NCBI GenBank assembly: GCA_023129485.1 | Contig: JAGMBY010000053.1 | Coordinates: forward strand, 1,214-65,213 | DNA: 64,000 nucleotides | Origin: Actinomycetes bacterium | GTDB lineage: Bacteria > Actinomycetota > Humimicrobiia > JAHJRV01 | Direction: 5' to 3' | Part shown: in pieces, positions 1 to 9,664 of the stretch | Layout: every line of letters begins with the position of its first letter | Position numbering within the stretch: position 1 is the stretch's first letter | Notes under the pieces: model-generated | Databases searched by the model: none | What the model was told of the DNA's origin: nothing | The model's input: the letters and a program-made list of their open reading frames with translations, nothing else | Program-made: the position numbers and the translations under genes

Positions 1-140
1 GGTTTACTGTTATATTACATAAACTATAAACATAAGATTGAGGGTTTTAAAAAGGAAAGAAAAAAAATTACATTTACATTAATAAATAGAATAAAAGAAT
101 GGTTTTCCAAATTAATAAAATAATGGGAGGTTAACTAAAA

Positions 141-1232
141 GTGATAGAACCTAAAAATAGCTATTTTGCAGTTATAAAGGTGGTAGGAGTAGGCGGTGGT
201 GGAACAAATGCAGTAACCAGGATGGTACAAGATGGAGTACAGGGAGTAGAATTCATTGCAATTAACACAGATGCTCAATCATTAATTCTAGCAGAAGCAG
301 ATTATAAACTTGTAATAGGTGAATCTGGTCTTGGAGCAGGTTCCGACCCTGAGGTTGGAAGACAGGCTGCATTAGAAAGCAAAGACGCAATTGTTGAAAT
401 TTTAAAGGGAGCAGATATGGTCTTTATTACAGCAGGAAAGGGTGGAGGTACTGGAACAGGAGCAGCTCCTATCATTGCGGGAATTGCTAAAGATCAAGAA
501 ATATTAACAGTAGGAGTAGTTACTCGACCATTTACCTTTGAAGGACTAAGGAGATCACTTCAAGCTGAGAAGGGTATTACTGAACTAAAAGAGAACGTGG
601 ACTGTCTAATAATAATTCCAAATGATAAACTTCTGGAAGTATCAGATGACGATACATTATTAATAGATGCATTTAGAAAGGCAGACTCTGTTTTAAAAAA
701 TGGTATCCAAGGAATCACTGACTTGATAACTATGCCAGGATTAATTAATTTGGATTTTGCTGATGTAAGGTCAATAATTAACAATGCTGGAACTGCTTTA
801 TTTGGAAGTGGGGAAGCATCAGGTGAGGATAGGAGTATTGAGGCAGCAAAAAGTGCAATTTCTAGTCCATTACTTGAATATTCAATTGAGGGAGCAAGTG
901 GTATCCTTCTTAATATAACAGGTGGTCCAGACCTTCGACTCTTTGAAGTTAATCAAGCAGCTGAAATAATAAGAAATGCATCTAAAAGAGATGCTGATAT
1001 AGTCTTTGGTGCTGTTTTGGATGAAAATAGAACTGATTCTCTAAAAGTAACGGTAATTGCAGCTGGTTTTGATGAGGAACTAATAGCTCATGGAAAAGCT
1101 CAAAAAGAGGAAATATCTTTCGAAGAGAAATTTGAGGAAGAAATTCAAGAACCTATTAAAGAAGTTGAAGAAGGGGAAAAATTAAGTGAAGATTATTTAG
1201 ATATACCATCCTTTCTAAGAAAAAAAAGCTAA
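141..1232 (+). CDS. ftsZ: Cell division GTPase FtsZ
   Basis: Tubulin/FtsZ glycine-rich loop GGGTGTG and N-terminal [21 protein letters not shown] 9 nt upstream of GTG start. Position at end of dcw cluster. Confidence 0.95.
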   Translation: MIEPKNSYFAVIKVVGVGGGGTNAVTRMVQDGVQGVEFIAINTDAQSLILAEADYKLVIGESGLGAGSDPEVGRQAALESKDAIVEILKGADMVFITAGKGGGTGTGAAPIIAGIAKDQEILTVGVVTRPFTFEGLRRSLQAEKGITELKENVDCLIIIPNDKLLEVSDDDTLLIDAFRKADSVLKNGIQGITDLITMPGLINLDFADVRSIINNAGTALFGSGEASGEDRSIEAAKSAISSPLLEYSIEGASGILLNITGGPDLRLFEVNQAAEIIRNASKRDADIVFGAVLDENRTDSLKVTVIAAGFDEELIAHGKAQKEEISFEEKFEEEIQEPIKEVEEGEKLSEDYLDIPSFLRKKS

Positions 1233-1545
1233 TAAAGAAATCGAAGAATTCTAAAAATGATTTTATTATTTAAAAATAATTAATCTCAATTGATAATTGA
1301 CTTGTAAGAAATCCCCATTAATTTATTAGTTTATATTTATTATAATCTCTAAATTATTATTTGTTTGATAAAACGAATTTGAATAAAATTACTAATCGCT
1401 ATTTAACTGATAATTAATAAATAATGTAAAATTTAATAAAGTTAGAGTTTATATTCTGAGCAAATAACAAAGTTATTGAAATCTGTTTATGAATTAAAAA
1501 TTCATAATTTTGCTCAGAATTTTTGTATCAAAATAAATTGGTTCT

Positions 1546-2232
1546 GTGGTAAAGAATATTAATTTAAAAAAGAAAATTCAGGAAATCAATAAGAGAATAG
1601 AAAAAGCTGCTCAAAAAAGTGATCGTTCACCTTCAGACATAACTTTAATAGCGGTATCAAAATATGTTAATTCTAATGAACTAAAAGTCGCAATAGAAAA
1701 TGAGATAAGGCATGTTGGTGAGAATAGAGCTAAAAAATTAATTAGTCTATATAATGATATTGGTAATTTAGTTATTTGGCATTTCATTGGACATATTCAG
1801 AGTAGGAAAGCAAAATTAGTCGTACCAATTGTAGAATATATCCATTCAATTGATTCTATATCCACAATAAAAGAAATTGATAAAAGAGCAAGAAATATAA
1901 ATAAAATTCAGAAGATATTAATTGAAGTGAACATATCTGGTGAAGGGACAAAGTATGGGATTGAGCCCAATTCATTAATCGATTTTATTAAGGAAATAAT
2001 TGGTTATAAAAATATTAAAATAGTTGGTCTTATGACGATGGCTCCTCTAACAAAGGATATGTCAATTTGTAGAAGGATTTTCAAAGAATTAAGAGAACAT
2101 AAAGATATAGTAAATAGGATTTATCTAAATCTATCTCTTAAACATCTTTCTATGGGGATGAGTAACGATTTTGAAGTAGCCATAGAAGAGGGATCAACAA
2201 TGGTAAGGATAGGTTCAGCAATTTTTAAATAA
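1546..2232 (+). CDS. yggS: PLP homeostasis protein YggS/YlmE family (alanine racemase N-terminal fold)
   Basis: Length 228 aa and conserved YggS-like sequence. Sits directly after ftsZ as the Firmicute ylmE does. Confidence 0.8.
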   Translation: MVKNINLKKKIQEINKRIEKAAQKSDRSPSDITLIAVSKYVNSNELKVAIENEIRHVGENRAKKLISLYNDIGNLVIWHFIGHIQSRKAKLVVPIVEYIHSIDSISTIKEIDKRARNINKIQKILIEVNISGEGTKYGIEPNSLIDFIKEIIGYKNIKIVGLMTMAPLTKDMSICRRIFKELREHKDIVNRIYLNLSLKHLSMGMSNDFEVAIEEGSTMVRIGSAIFK

Positions 2233-2237
2233 GTGAG

Positions 2238-2714
2238 GTGATTTTTTTGCCAGGATTTTTTAAGAAAGTTTTAATTTTCTTAGGTCTAACTGAGGAGGAA
2301 GAAAAGGAAGAAGAATTTATAGAGCAAGAGGAAGAGAAGCCTACAAAAAGATTTGTGAGAGAACCATCTGTCAAATACATAGGGAAAAATAAAGGGGAAT
2401 ATATTAAAAAAGTAGGAAGATCGGAAGTATTAGCTCATGCAAAAGTGCATATCATTGAACCACAAAGTTTTGGCGATGCTCAAACTATGGGCAATAAGTT
2501 CAAGGATGATATACCAGTAATAATTAATCTCCAGAGAGTTGAACAAGAATTAGCAAAGAGAATTATTGATTTTGCAAGTGGTCTTACTTTTGGCCTTGAT
2601 GGTGGAATTCAGAGAGTTGCGGACAGGGTTTTTTTGATTACACCCCATAATGTTGAAGTTTCAGCAGAAGAAAAAGTGAAATTACAGGAAAGAGGGCTTT
2701 TTAATCAATTTTAA
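2238..2714 (+). CDS. sepF: Cell division protein SepF
   Basis: C-terminal SepF domain (PVIINLQRVEQELAKRIIDFASGLTFGLDGG...RVFLITP) with acidic linker. Real start may be the TTG at 2247, 6 nt after a GAGGTG RBS. Confidence 0.85.
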   Translation: MIFLPGFFKKVLIFLGLTEEEEKEEEFIEQEEEKPTKRFVREPSVKYIGKNKGEYIKKVGRSEVLAHAKVHIIEPQSFGDAQTMGNKFKDDIPVIINLQRVEQELAKRIIDFASGLTFGLDGGIQRVADRVFLITPHNVEVSAEEKVKLQERGLFNQF

Positions 2715-2768
2715 ATTTAAATTTTTAAGCTTTAAATTTATATTCTAAATATTTTAGAGGGATATATA

Positions 2769-3593
2769 ATGTATGATTTTAATACACTTGGCTTTATTGG
2801 AGCTGGAAACATGTGTGAGGCTCTCCTTGTGGGAATAATATCATCTGATTTTTTTCAAGCAGAAAATATTATTCTAAGTGATATCAGGGAAGATAGACTC
2901 AAATATTTAAAAGAAAAATATAATGTTAAAACATCTATAGATAATAGAGAAACTGTTAAAGCTTCTGATATAGTTTTCCTTTCAGTTAAACCTCAGGATA
3001 TTGCTACAGTTTTATCAGAAATGGAGGGAATTTTAAATCCCAATCAAATGGTAATCTCAATTGCTGTCGGAATTCCGACTTATTTTATAGAGTCTTATAT
3101 AAAAGAAGAAGTTCCGGTTATAAGGGTCATGCCCAATACCCCAGCACTTTTTCAATCAGCAATGTCTGTATTGAGTAAGGGCAAATATGCAAATGATGAG
3201 CATTTAAATTTTGCAAAGAGATTGCTTTCTTGTGTTGGAGAAGTAGACATATTACCTGAAAAATTACAAAATGCTGCTGCTGCTATTAATGGTTGCGGAC
3301 CTGCATATTTTTTTCATTTTATAGAGTCACTTGTAGATGCAGGAATATCGGTTGGGTTAAGCAAAGATATAGCTTATAAATTGGCAGTACAAACTATGGA
3401 AGGTTCAGTTAAAATGTTAAAGGAATCTGACAGGTCTCCAACCGAATTAAGAAGGATGGTTACATCTCCTGGTGGTACAACCATTGCCGCATTGGAGCAG
3501 TTAGAAAAGGGGGCAATAAGATTCTTTATAATAAAAGCAATAAAAGCAGCAACTAATAGGGCAGAGGAACTTAGTCAAAAATTGAACAAGTAA
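2769..3593 (+). CDS. proC: Pyrroline-5-carboxylate reductase
   Basis: N-terminal Rossmann motif GFIGAGNM and a P5CR C-terminal dimerisation domain, 274 aa. GAGGGA RBS. Confidence 0.85.
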   Translation: MYDFNTLGFIGAGNMCEALLVGIISSDFFQAENIILSDIREDRLKYLKEKYNVKTSIDNRETVKASDIVFLSVKPQDIATVLSEMEGILNPNQMVISIAVGIPTYFIESYIKEEVPVIRVMPNTPALFQSAMSVLSKGKYANDEHLNFAKRLLSCVGEVDILPEKLQNAAAAINGCGPAYFFHFIESLVDAGISVGLSKDIAYKLAVQTMEGSVKMLKESDRSPTELRRMVTSPGGTTIAALEQLEKGAIRFFIIKAIKAATNRAEELSQKLNK

Positions 3594-3755
3594 ATAGCAA
3601 AAATAAAAAAGTAACAATAAAATTTTCAAATTATTAAAAATAAGTAATTCTCAAATGAATAAGCAAATATAAAAGAAAATTTCAAAAAATAAATAGTAAT
3701 AATAACTATAATAACAATAATTACAGAAACAATAATAATATTAAAGGTGACATAT

Positions 3756-4517
3756 ATGAGAATAACTCCAATCGATATACAAGAGAAACAATTTCACCTA
3801 TCTTTAAGAGGCTATAATCCTGAGGAAGTGGATGTTTTTTTAGATACTATAGCTGAAGAATTAGAGCTACTTAATAGAGATAATAATGATTTAAAAAGAA
3901 AACTTGAAGAACTAAGTTCAGGAAAAGAGCCTGGAGAAGTAGAAAAGGATGAAATTAGTGAAATGAGAATGGTAATAGAAAATACACTTATTTCAGCACA
4001 AAAAACAGCAGAGGAAATCATAAAGAATGCAAAAACTGAGGCGGAGAATATAAAAAAAGAAGCAAAAGAAAAGGTGGGAGATATAGTTCTTAAATCTCAA
4101 GATGAAATTAGAGAGATGTTAAATGACATTGAGGAAGTTGGAAAAATACAAGATAATTTAAATCAAAGATTAAACAAGGTTTATAATAAATTATCGGTAG
4201 TTTTAAAGATAAGAGAGAGTGAAAAGAAACCATCAACTTTAAAGGAATATTTGGGAGAAGAAGTTGGTGAAAAACAAGTAGAAGTTAAAAAGTCAAAAGT
4301 GATTTTAGAAGAGGAACAGCAAGTAGAATATAAATCGAAAATTGGGGATGAAATAAAACCTGAAGTTAAAGAAACAAATACCTTTATAGAAAAGGTTGAA
4401 GAAAAGATTGAAGGAGAAAAGGTCAACAAAGATAAATTTGAAGAAAAATCAAGAGAGAAAGAGTTTGAAAATAACGAATTAGTTGATAAATTTTTTGATG
4501 AAGAGAGTGTTGAATAA
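3756..4517 (+). CDS. divIVA: DivIVA domain cell-division protein
   Basis: N-terminal DivIVA motif MRITPIDIQEKQFHLSLRGYNPEEVDVFLD followed by a long coiled-coil E/K-rich tail. The ATG at 3756 is preceded by AAAGGTGA; the ORF track begins 9 nt earlier at a GTG. Confidence 0.85.
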   Translation: MRITPIDIQEKQFHLSLRGYNPEEVDVFLDTIAEELELLNRDNNDLKRKLEELSSGKEPGEVEKDEISEMRMVIENTLISAQKTAEEIIKNAKTEAENIKKEAKEKVGDIVLKSQDEIREMLNDIEEVGKIQDNLNQRLNKVYNKLSVVLKIRESEKKPSTLKEYLGEEVGEKQVEVKKSKVILEEEQQVEYKSKIGDEIKPEVKETNTFIEKVEEKIEGEKVNKDKFEEKSREKEFENNELVDKFFDEESVE

Positions 4518-4556
4518 TTAACAATTAAAATTAAATAATATAAATTATAAATAGGA

Positions 4557-4586
4557 AAATCCTCTCATTGCTTATAATGAGAGGAT
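4557..4586 (+). terminator. Hairpin with perfect 12-bp stem (AATCCTCTCATT / AATGAGAGGATT) downstream of divIVA
   Basis: Inverted repeat read directly in the sequence. The downstream U-tract is weak (ACATTTATT). Confidence 0.5.
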
Positions 4587-4748
4587 TACATTTATTAGTT
4601 AAAAACATATTCATCAAGTTTTTATTATTTTTTTATGTATAATCTCTTAGACAAATTATTACTATTTAATTTAAAATATCTTAACATATATAATAAAATA
4701 ATCACATATGTTGATAGATAATCTATTTATAAATTTTTTGGAGTTAAA

Positions 4749-7700
4749 ATGTTTAAGCCGGTTGATAGCAAACTGGATTTAGTAAAACTTGAAAATGATA
4801 TCCTTGAGTTCTGGAAGAAAGATAAGATCTTTCAAAGAAGTCTAAAAAATAGGGAGGGTAATAAAAAGTTCATTTTCTATGAAGGACCTCCAACAGCTAA
4901 CGCGAAACCAGGAGTTCATCATATACTTGCAAGAGCATTTAAAGATATATTTCCAAGATATAAAACCATGAAAGGATATTATGTTCCGAGGAAAGGTGGA
5001 TGGGATACTCATGGTTTGCCGGTTGAGATTGAAATTGAAAAAAAATTGGGAATAAATAGTAAAAAAGAAATAGAAGAATTTGGAGTTAAGCGTTTTAATG
5101 AATTATGCAGAAAAAGTGTTTTAGGGTACATAAAAGATTGGATTGAAATGACTGATAGAATTGCTTTCTGGATTGATACTTCGGATGCATATTTTACATT
5201 TACAAATGATTATATAGAAACTATTTGGTGGATTTTAAAACAGATCTATGATAAGGATCTTTTATATCAGGGATATAAAGTAATTGCTTACTGCCCCAGA
5301 TGTGGAACTCCATTATCTAGTCATGAAGTAGCACAGGGTTATAGGGAAGTAGAGGATCCTTCAGTTTATGTAAAATTTAAACTTAAGGATGAGGATTCAT
5401 ACTTTTTAGTTTGGACTACTACACCCTGGACACTTCTGTCAAATGTAGCATTAGCAATAAATCCTGATGAAGATTATGTCAAGATAAGTAAAAATGATGA
5501 AAGATTGATATTGGCTAAAACTCTTTTAGAAAAGATAGTGAAGCAACCCTTTAAAACATTAGAGACTTTTAAAGGATCAAGTCTCATCGGTAAAAGATAT
5601 AAACCTCTTTTTAATTATATAACTCCTGAAAAAGATTGCTATATTGTAACAGATGCTGATTTTGTTAAACTCAAAGAAGGGACAGGTATAGTTCATATAG
5701 CTCCAGCTTTTGGTACTGATGATATGAGGTTAGCACAAGATAAAAATCTACCAGTTATTCAATTAGTTGATGAATCTGGTAAATTAAAGGAAGAAGCTAC
5801 TGATTTTGCTGGTCTATTTGTTAAAAAAGCTGACCCTTTAATTATTGAGAATCTTAAACAAAGAAATATCTTATTCAAAGAAGAAAAGATCTTGCATACA
5901 TATCCGCATTGCTGGAGATGTGATACTCCACTTTTATATTATGCAAGGAAATCCTGGTTCATTGCCACATCTACAATAAAAGATAAGTTATTAAAGGCAA
6001 ATTCAGATATAAATTGGTATCCTCATTATATTAAGTATGGAAGATTTGGTAATTGGCTTGAAAATAATATTGATTGGTCCCTTTCAAGGGAGAGATATTG
6101 GGGTACACCACTTCCTATTTGGCAAGATAAAAATGGTCACATAATTTGCATTGGAAGTTTAGATGAACTTGAGAAATTAGCAAAAAATTTACCGGATAAA
6201 CTAGATCTACATAAACCATATATTGATGAGATAAAACTTACTTGTCCAAAGTGTAAAGCGGAAATGACTAGAATTAAAGATGTGATTGATTGTTGGTTTG
6301 ATTCTGGTTCAATGCCTTTTGCTCAACTTCACTACCCATTTGAAAATTATGAGAAATTCTATGACAATTTTCCAGCAGATTTCATTTGTGAAGCTTTAGA
6401 CCAGACTAGGGGCTGGTTCTATACAATGATGGCTATATCAACTATACTTTTTGAAAAGTCAAGCTATAAAAATGTTGTCTGCTTAGGTTTAATACATGAT
6501 AAATATGGGAGAAAAATGAGTAAGTCTAAAAGTAATGTTATAGACCCATGGTCAATTTTAAATAAGCAGGGAGCTGATGCTCTTAGATGGTATTTTTTCA
6601 CTTCAAGCTCCCCTTGGGTAACAAAAAATTTTGATGTAGACATTATAGATAAAATTATTAAGAGATTTATTTTAACATTATGGAATAGTTATAGTTTCTT
6701 TGTAGTATATGCAAATATAGATGAATTTGATCCAACAAAATATTCTACAGAAATTAAGAATAGATCAGATTTAGATAGATGGATTTTGTCTGAACTAAAT
6801 CAGACAGTTTCTATTGTTGATAATTGTTTGGCTAGTTATGATGCAACAAGGGGTGGAAAAGTAATTGAAGAGTTTGTTGATAAACTATCAAATTGGTATA
6901 TAAGAAGATCAAGAAGAAGATTCTGGAAATCTGAGGAAGATATAGATAAGATTTCTGCTTATTTAACTCTATATGAATGTTTGGTGACGATTATAAAACT
7001 TTTAGCCCCATATATGCCTTTTATAAGTGAGGAGATTTATCAAAATATTGTTCTTACTATTTATAAAGATGCACCTATGAGCATTCATCTAACAGATTTT
7101 CCAGTTGCTAATGAAAAATTAATTGATAAAAATTTGAGTGAAGAAATGAATTTAGTAAGAAAAGTTGTTAGCTTGGGTCGAGCAGCTAGAAGTAAAGCAT
7201 CAATAAAAGTAAGACAACCACTTTCTAATATATCAGTATATGAAACACCGCAGACAAAAAAATTAAAAAATTATATTAACATAATAAAAGAAGAACTTAA
7301 TGTTAAAAGCTTCAAATTAACTTCAAATCTTAATAACATATTAAGTTATAAGGTTAAGTTGAATCTAGAACTTTTGGGTCCAAAATATGGCTCAAAGATA
7401 CCTGTAATAAAGAATATTTTTGCACGAATGGATCACCAGAAAGTTGCAGATGATGTACTGGAAAATAAAGAAGTTAAACTAAAAGTTAATGGACGGGAGA
7501 TAAAGTTATTATCAGAAGAGATATTATTAGAAACAGTTGCACCACCACAACATGTAATTGAGAAAGAAGGAGAAATAGCTCTAGCTTTAAATACCAAGTT
7601 ATCAAAAGAGCTTATCGATGAAGGCTTTATTAGAGAATTGGTAAGATTTATTCAAAATCAAAGGAAAAAAGCAGGATTTAAGATAGAAAATACTATTAAA

Positions 7701-7892
7701 ACAATAATTGATTGTTCTGAAAGAGAGAAAGAAATTATTGAAAAATATAGTGATTATTTATGCACTGAAACTCTAACAACTGACTTAACATTTTCAAAAG
7801 AACTTATTGGTGATATAGAAGAATTTAATATAAATAAAGTTAAGATAAGAGTTGGTTTATCAACTACTGGTTCAATAGTGAACACTTTATAG
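4749..7892 (+). CDS. ileS: Isoleucyl-tRNA synthetase, type 2 (eukaryote-like)
   Basis: HIGH-region PGVHHILARAF and KMSKS (GRKMSKSKSN). DQTRGWFYTMM is diagnostic of IleS2 rather than the HRGWF of type 1. Length 1047 aa. Confidence 0.95.
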   Translation: MFKPVDSKLDLVKLENDILEFWKKDKIFQRSLKNREGNKKFIFYEGPPTANAKPGVHHILARAFKDIFPRYKTMKGYYVPRKGGWDTHGLPVEIEIEKKLGINSKKEIEEFGVKRFNELCRKSVLGYIKDWIEMTDRIAFWIDTSDAYFTFTNDYIETIWWILKQIYDKDLLYQGYKVIAYCPRCGTPLSSHEVAQGYREVEDPSVYVKFKLKDEDSYFLVWTTTPWTLLSNVALAINPDEDYVKISKNDERLILAKTLLEKIVKQPFKTLETFKGSSLIGKRYKPLFNYITPEKDCYIVTDADFVKLKEGTGIVHIAPAFGTDDMRLAQDKNLPVIQLVDESGKLKEEATDFAGLFVKKADPLIIENLKQRNILFKEEKILHTYPHCWRCDTPLLYYARKSWFIATSTIKDKLLKANSDINWYPHYIKYGRFGNWLENNIDWSLSRERYWGTPLPIWQDKNGHIICIGSLDELEKLAKNLPDKLDLHKPYIDEIKLTCPKCKAEMTRIKDVIDCWFDSGSMPFAQLHYPFENYEKFYDNFPADFICEALDQTRGWFYTMMAISTILFEKSSYKNVVCLGLIHDKYGRKMSKSKSNVIDPWSILNKQGADALRWYFFTSSSPWVTKNFDVDIIDKIIKRFILTLWNSYSFFVVYANIDEFDPTKYSTEIKNRSDLDRWILSELNQTVSIVDNCLASYDATRGGKVIEEFVDKLSNWYIRRSRRRFWKSEEDIDKISAYLTLYECLVTIIKLLAPYMPFISEEIYQNIVLTIYKDAPMSIHLTDFPVANEKLIDKNLSEEMNLVRKVVSLGRAARSKASIKVRQPLSNISVYETPQTKKLKNYINIIKEELNVKSFKLTSNLNNILSYKVKLNLELLGPKYGSKIPVIKNIFARMDHQKVADDVLENKEVKLKVNGREIKLLSEEILLETVAPPQHVIEKEGEIALALNTKLSKELIDEGFIRELVRFIQNQRKKAGFKIENTIKTIIDCSEREKEIIEKYSDYLCTETLTTDLTFSKELIGDIEEFNINKVKIRVGLSTTGSIVNTL

Positions 7893-7976
7893 GGTTAGAT
7901 ATTGAAATATAACATATCAGTTTTGGGTATACTTTCTCGACTGAAAATGTCTTCGAAAGTATACCACAAAACTATT
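7893..7976 (+). repeat. Intergenic imperfect-palindrome repeat, copy A (5-prime extension GGT..CATATCAG plus 17-bp stem AGTTTTGGGTATACTTTC / GAAAGTATACCACAAAACT)
   Basis: Recurs at 8600, 33917, 36071 and 51452. This copy carries a compensatory C>T / G>A pair relative to the other copies. Confidence 0.85.
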
Positions 7977-8106
7977 AAATAAATATAACACTAATAAGAA
8001 TACAACTTGATTTAAAAATAGTTTGATTCTTTCAACATGGTTATTTTAGGAAGTTTTAATTAAAAATTGATTAAAAAAATTTTAATTTAAAAAGGAAAAA
8101 TATAAT

Positions 8107-8607
8107 TTGATAGTAAATATGAAAAAGGATATAAAGATAACCTGGTTTTTGTGGTCAGTGGTTCTATTATTTGACCAGATAACAAAATATATAATAAGAG
8201 AAAAATTAAATTTAGGAGATTCGATTTCAGTAATACACAATATTTTTCACATAACTCATATAAACAACACTGGAGCTGCATTTGGAATGTTTCCAAATGC
8301 TCAAATTTTTTTTATTGTTACCTCAATTATTGCTATAATTGCCCTTATATATTTTTTATATACATTTAAGAAAGGAAATCCTACTTTTTATATATCGATA
8401 GGTTTAATTTTAGGGGGAGCAACTGGTAATCTATTGGATAGATTAATTTTAAGAACAGTAACAGATTTTTTAGATTTTGGAATAAATCCAAAGATTAGAT
8501 GGCCAGCATTTAATATTGCTGATTCATCTGTAGTTATTGGCTTTTTTATTCTCGCAATACTGGTAATAAAAGGAGAATTTTTTAAAGTTAATAGGAACAG
8601 GTCCTGA
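8107..8607 (+). CDS. lspA: Lipoprotein signal peptidase II
   Basis: LspA conserved blocks (NTGAAFGMF, DRL, FNIADS). Four TM segments, 166 aa. Start could be the TTG at 8107 or the ATG at 8119. Confidence 0.9.
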   Translation: MIVNMKKDIKITWFLWSVVLLFDQITKYIIREKLNLGDSISVIHNIFHITHINNTGAAFGMFPNAQIFFIVTSIIAIIALIYFLYTFKKGNPTFYISIGLILGGATGNLLDRLILRTVTDFLDFGINPKIRWPAFNIADSSVVIGFFILAILVIKGEFFKVNRNRS

Positions 8608-8673
8608 AATTATACATATCAGCTTTGGGTATACTTTCTTTGTAAAAATACCTAAAAAAGTATATTGAAAAGC
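8600..8673 (+). repeat. Intergenic palindrome repeat, copy B (degenerate 3-prime half)
   Basis: GGTCCTGAAATTATACATATCAGCTTTGGGTATACTTTCTT matches copies A and C and then diverges. The 5-prime extension overlaps the lspA stop codon. Confidence 0.7.
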
Positions 8674-8734
8674 AATTAATATAGGTAAAATTTAAAAAGA
8701 TATATTATAAGCCAATGTTTTTTAGGAGTATTAT

Positions 8735-9469
8735 ATGTATCCAACCTTATTTAAAATAGGTAACATAACGATTCACTCATATGGACTTATGGTTTCTTTA
8801 GGTTTTTTATTAGCAATTTTAATAGTCTATTTTGAATCTAAAAGAAAGGGATTAGACCCAAGTTCTGCATTAGATCTAGGCTTAGCAGCCATGATAGCTG
8901 GTATTCTTGGTAGTAAATTGTTATTTGTAATCAGGAATTGGAATTACTACTCAGAATATCCTATTAATATATTACTTGATTTTGGACAAGGCTTTATTTT
9001 TTATGGTGGCTTAATTCTTGGAACAGTTGCAGTTATATTAGTTAGTTACTTTAAAAAGATTTCAATTGGAACTGTTGCCGATGTCTGTGCTCCAGCAATT
9101 CCTTTAGGTCATGCTATTGGAAGAATAGGTTGTTTATTAAGAGGTTGCTGTTTTGGAAAAGTGTGTGATTATCCCTGGGCGATTCATCTTGAGGGTGCTC
9201 TAAGACATCCAACACAAATCTATCATTTTTTACATAATTTTTTAATTTTTGTTTTTTTATGGCTTATTAGGAAGAAAATTAAAGTGGAGGGAAATCTACT
9301 TTTAATCTATTTAATCCTTTATAGCATAGCTCGATTTATCACAGAATTTTTTAGAGAAAACCCTATATTTACTTTTGGACTTACGGGTTCCCAGGTATTT
9401 TCTATATTAGTATTTTTAGCTTCATCAATATTTTTAATATACAGATATACAATATATAAAAAAATTTAA
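8735..9469 (+). CDS. lgt: Prolipoprotein diacylglyceryl transferase
   Basis: Lgt signature GRIGCLLRGCCFG. N-terminal HSYGLMV and multi-TM layout. AGGAG RBS. Confidence 0.9.
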   Translation: MYPTLFKIGNITIHSYGLMVSLGFLLAILIVYFESKRKGLDPSSALDLGLAAMIAGILGSKLLFVIRNWNYYSEYPINILLDFGQGFIFYGGLILGTVAVILVSYFKKISIGTVADVCAPAIPLGHAIGRIGCLLRGCCFGKVCDYPWAIHLEGALRHPTQIYHFLHNFLIFVFLWLIRKKIKVEGNLLLIYLILYSIARFITEFFRENPIFTFGLTGSQVFSILVFLASSIFLIYRYTIYKKI

Positions 9470-9664
9470 TTTATTATTAATGATGTAAATTTACTCTGTT
9501 ACAGAGAATTCACACAGGATAATAAATAACTTTTAAGAGTTAAAATTTGTTGTTTCATATTCTAAAAAGTTAGAAAAAAGATTAGTTTAGTATAAAAAGT
9601 GAAAAAAATAAGATATTTTCTTCTAACCAAAAATTAAGTCTTTATTATTTCATAGCATTAGCCC

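Noticed and set aside
560-784. Antisense ORF inside ftsZ, and similar antisense or embedded ORFs: 3812-4021, 4181-4429, 11896-12120, 12235-12429, 13220-13465, 14728-15036, 15594-15821, 15661-15957, 21466-21672, 23709-23894, 24115-24351, 28083-28268, 29685-29969, 31211-31453, 32043-32294, 32568-32777, 33372-33683, 35252-35452, 40544-40774, 41373-41600, 42342-42551, 42966-43154, 45329-45532, 45671-45865, 46011-46214, 46257-46475, 48497-48802, 48539-48841, 48857-49048, 50753-51028, 54598-54795, 57414-57644, 62207-62437, 63196-63498
   Set aside because: All lie within, and opposite or out of frame to, well-supported conserved genes. They encode low-complexity S/F/I/L-rich peptides typical of spurious frames in AT-rich DNA.
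4518-4748. Possible T-box riboswitch in the ileS leader
   Set aside because: No T-box core (AGGGTGGNACCGCG-like) or specifier/antiterminator architecture is visible, only a simple 12-bp terminator hairpin. This is consistent with a type-2 IleS.
8087-8296. 69-aa minus-strand ORF overlapping the lspA start
   Set aside because: Antisense to conserved lspA with no supporting signals.
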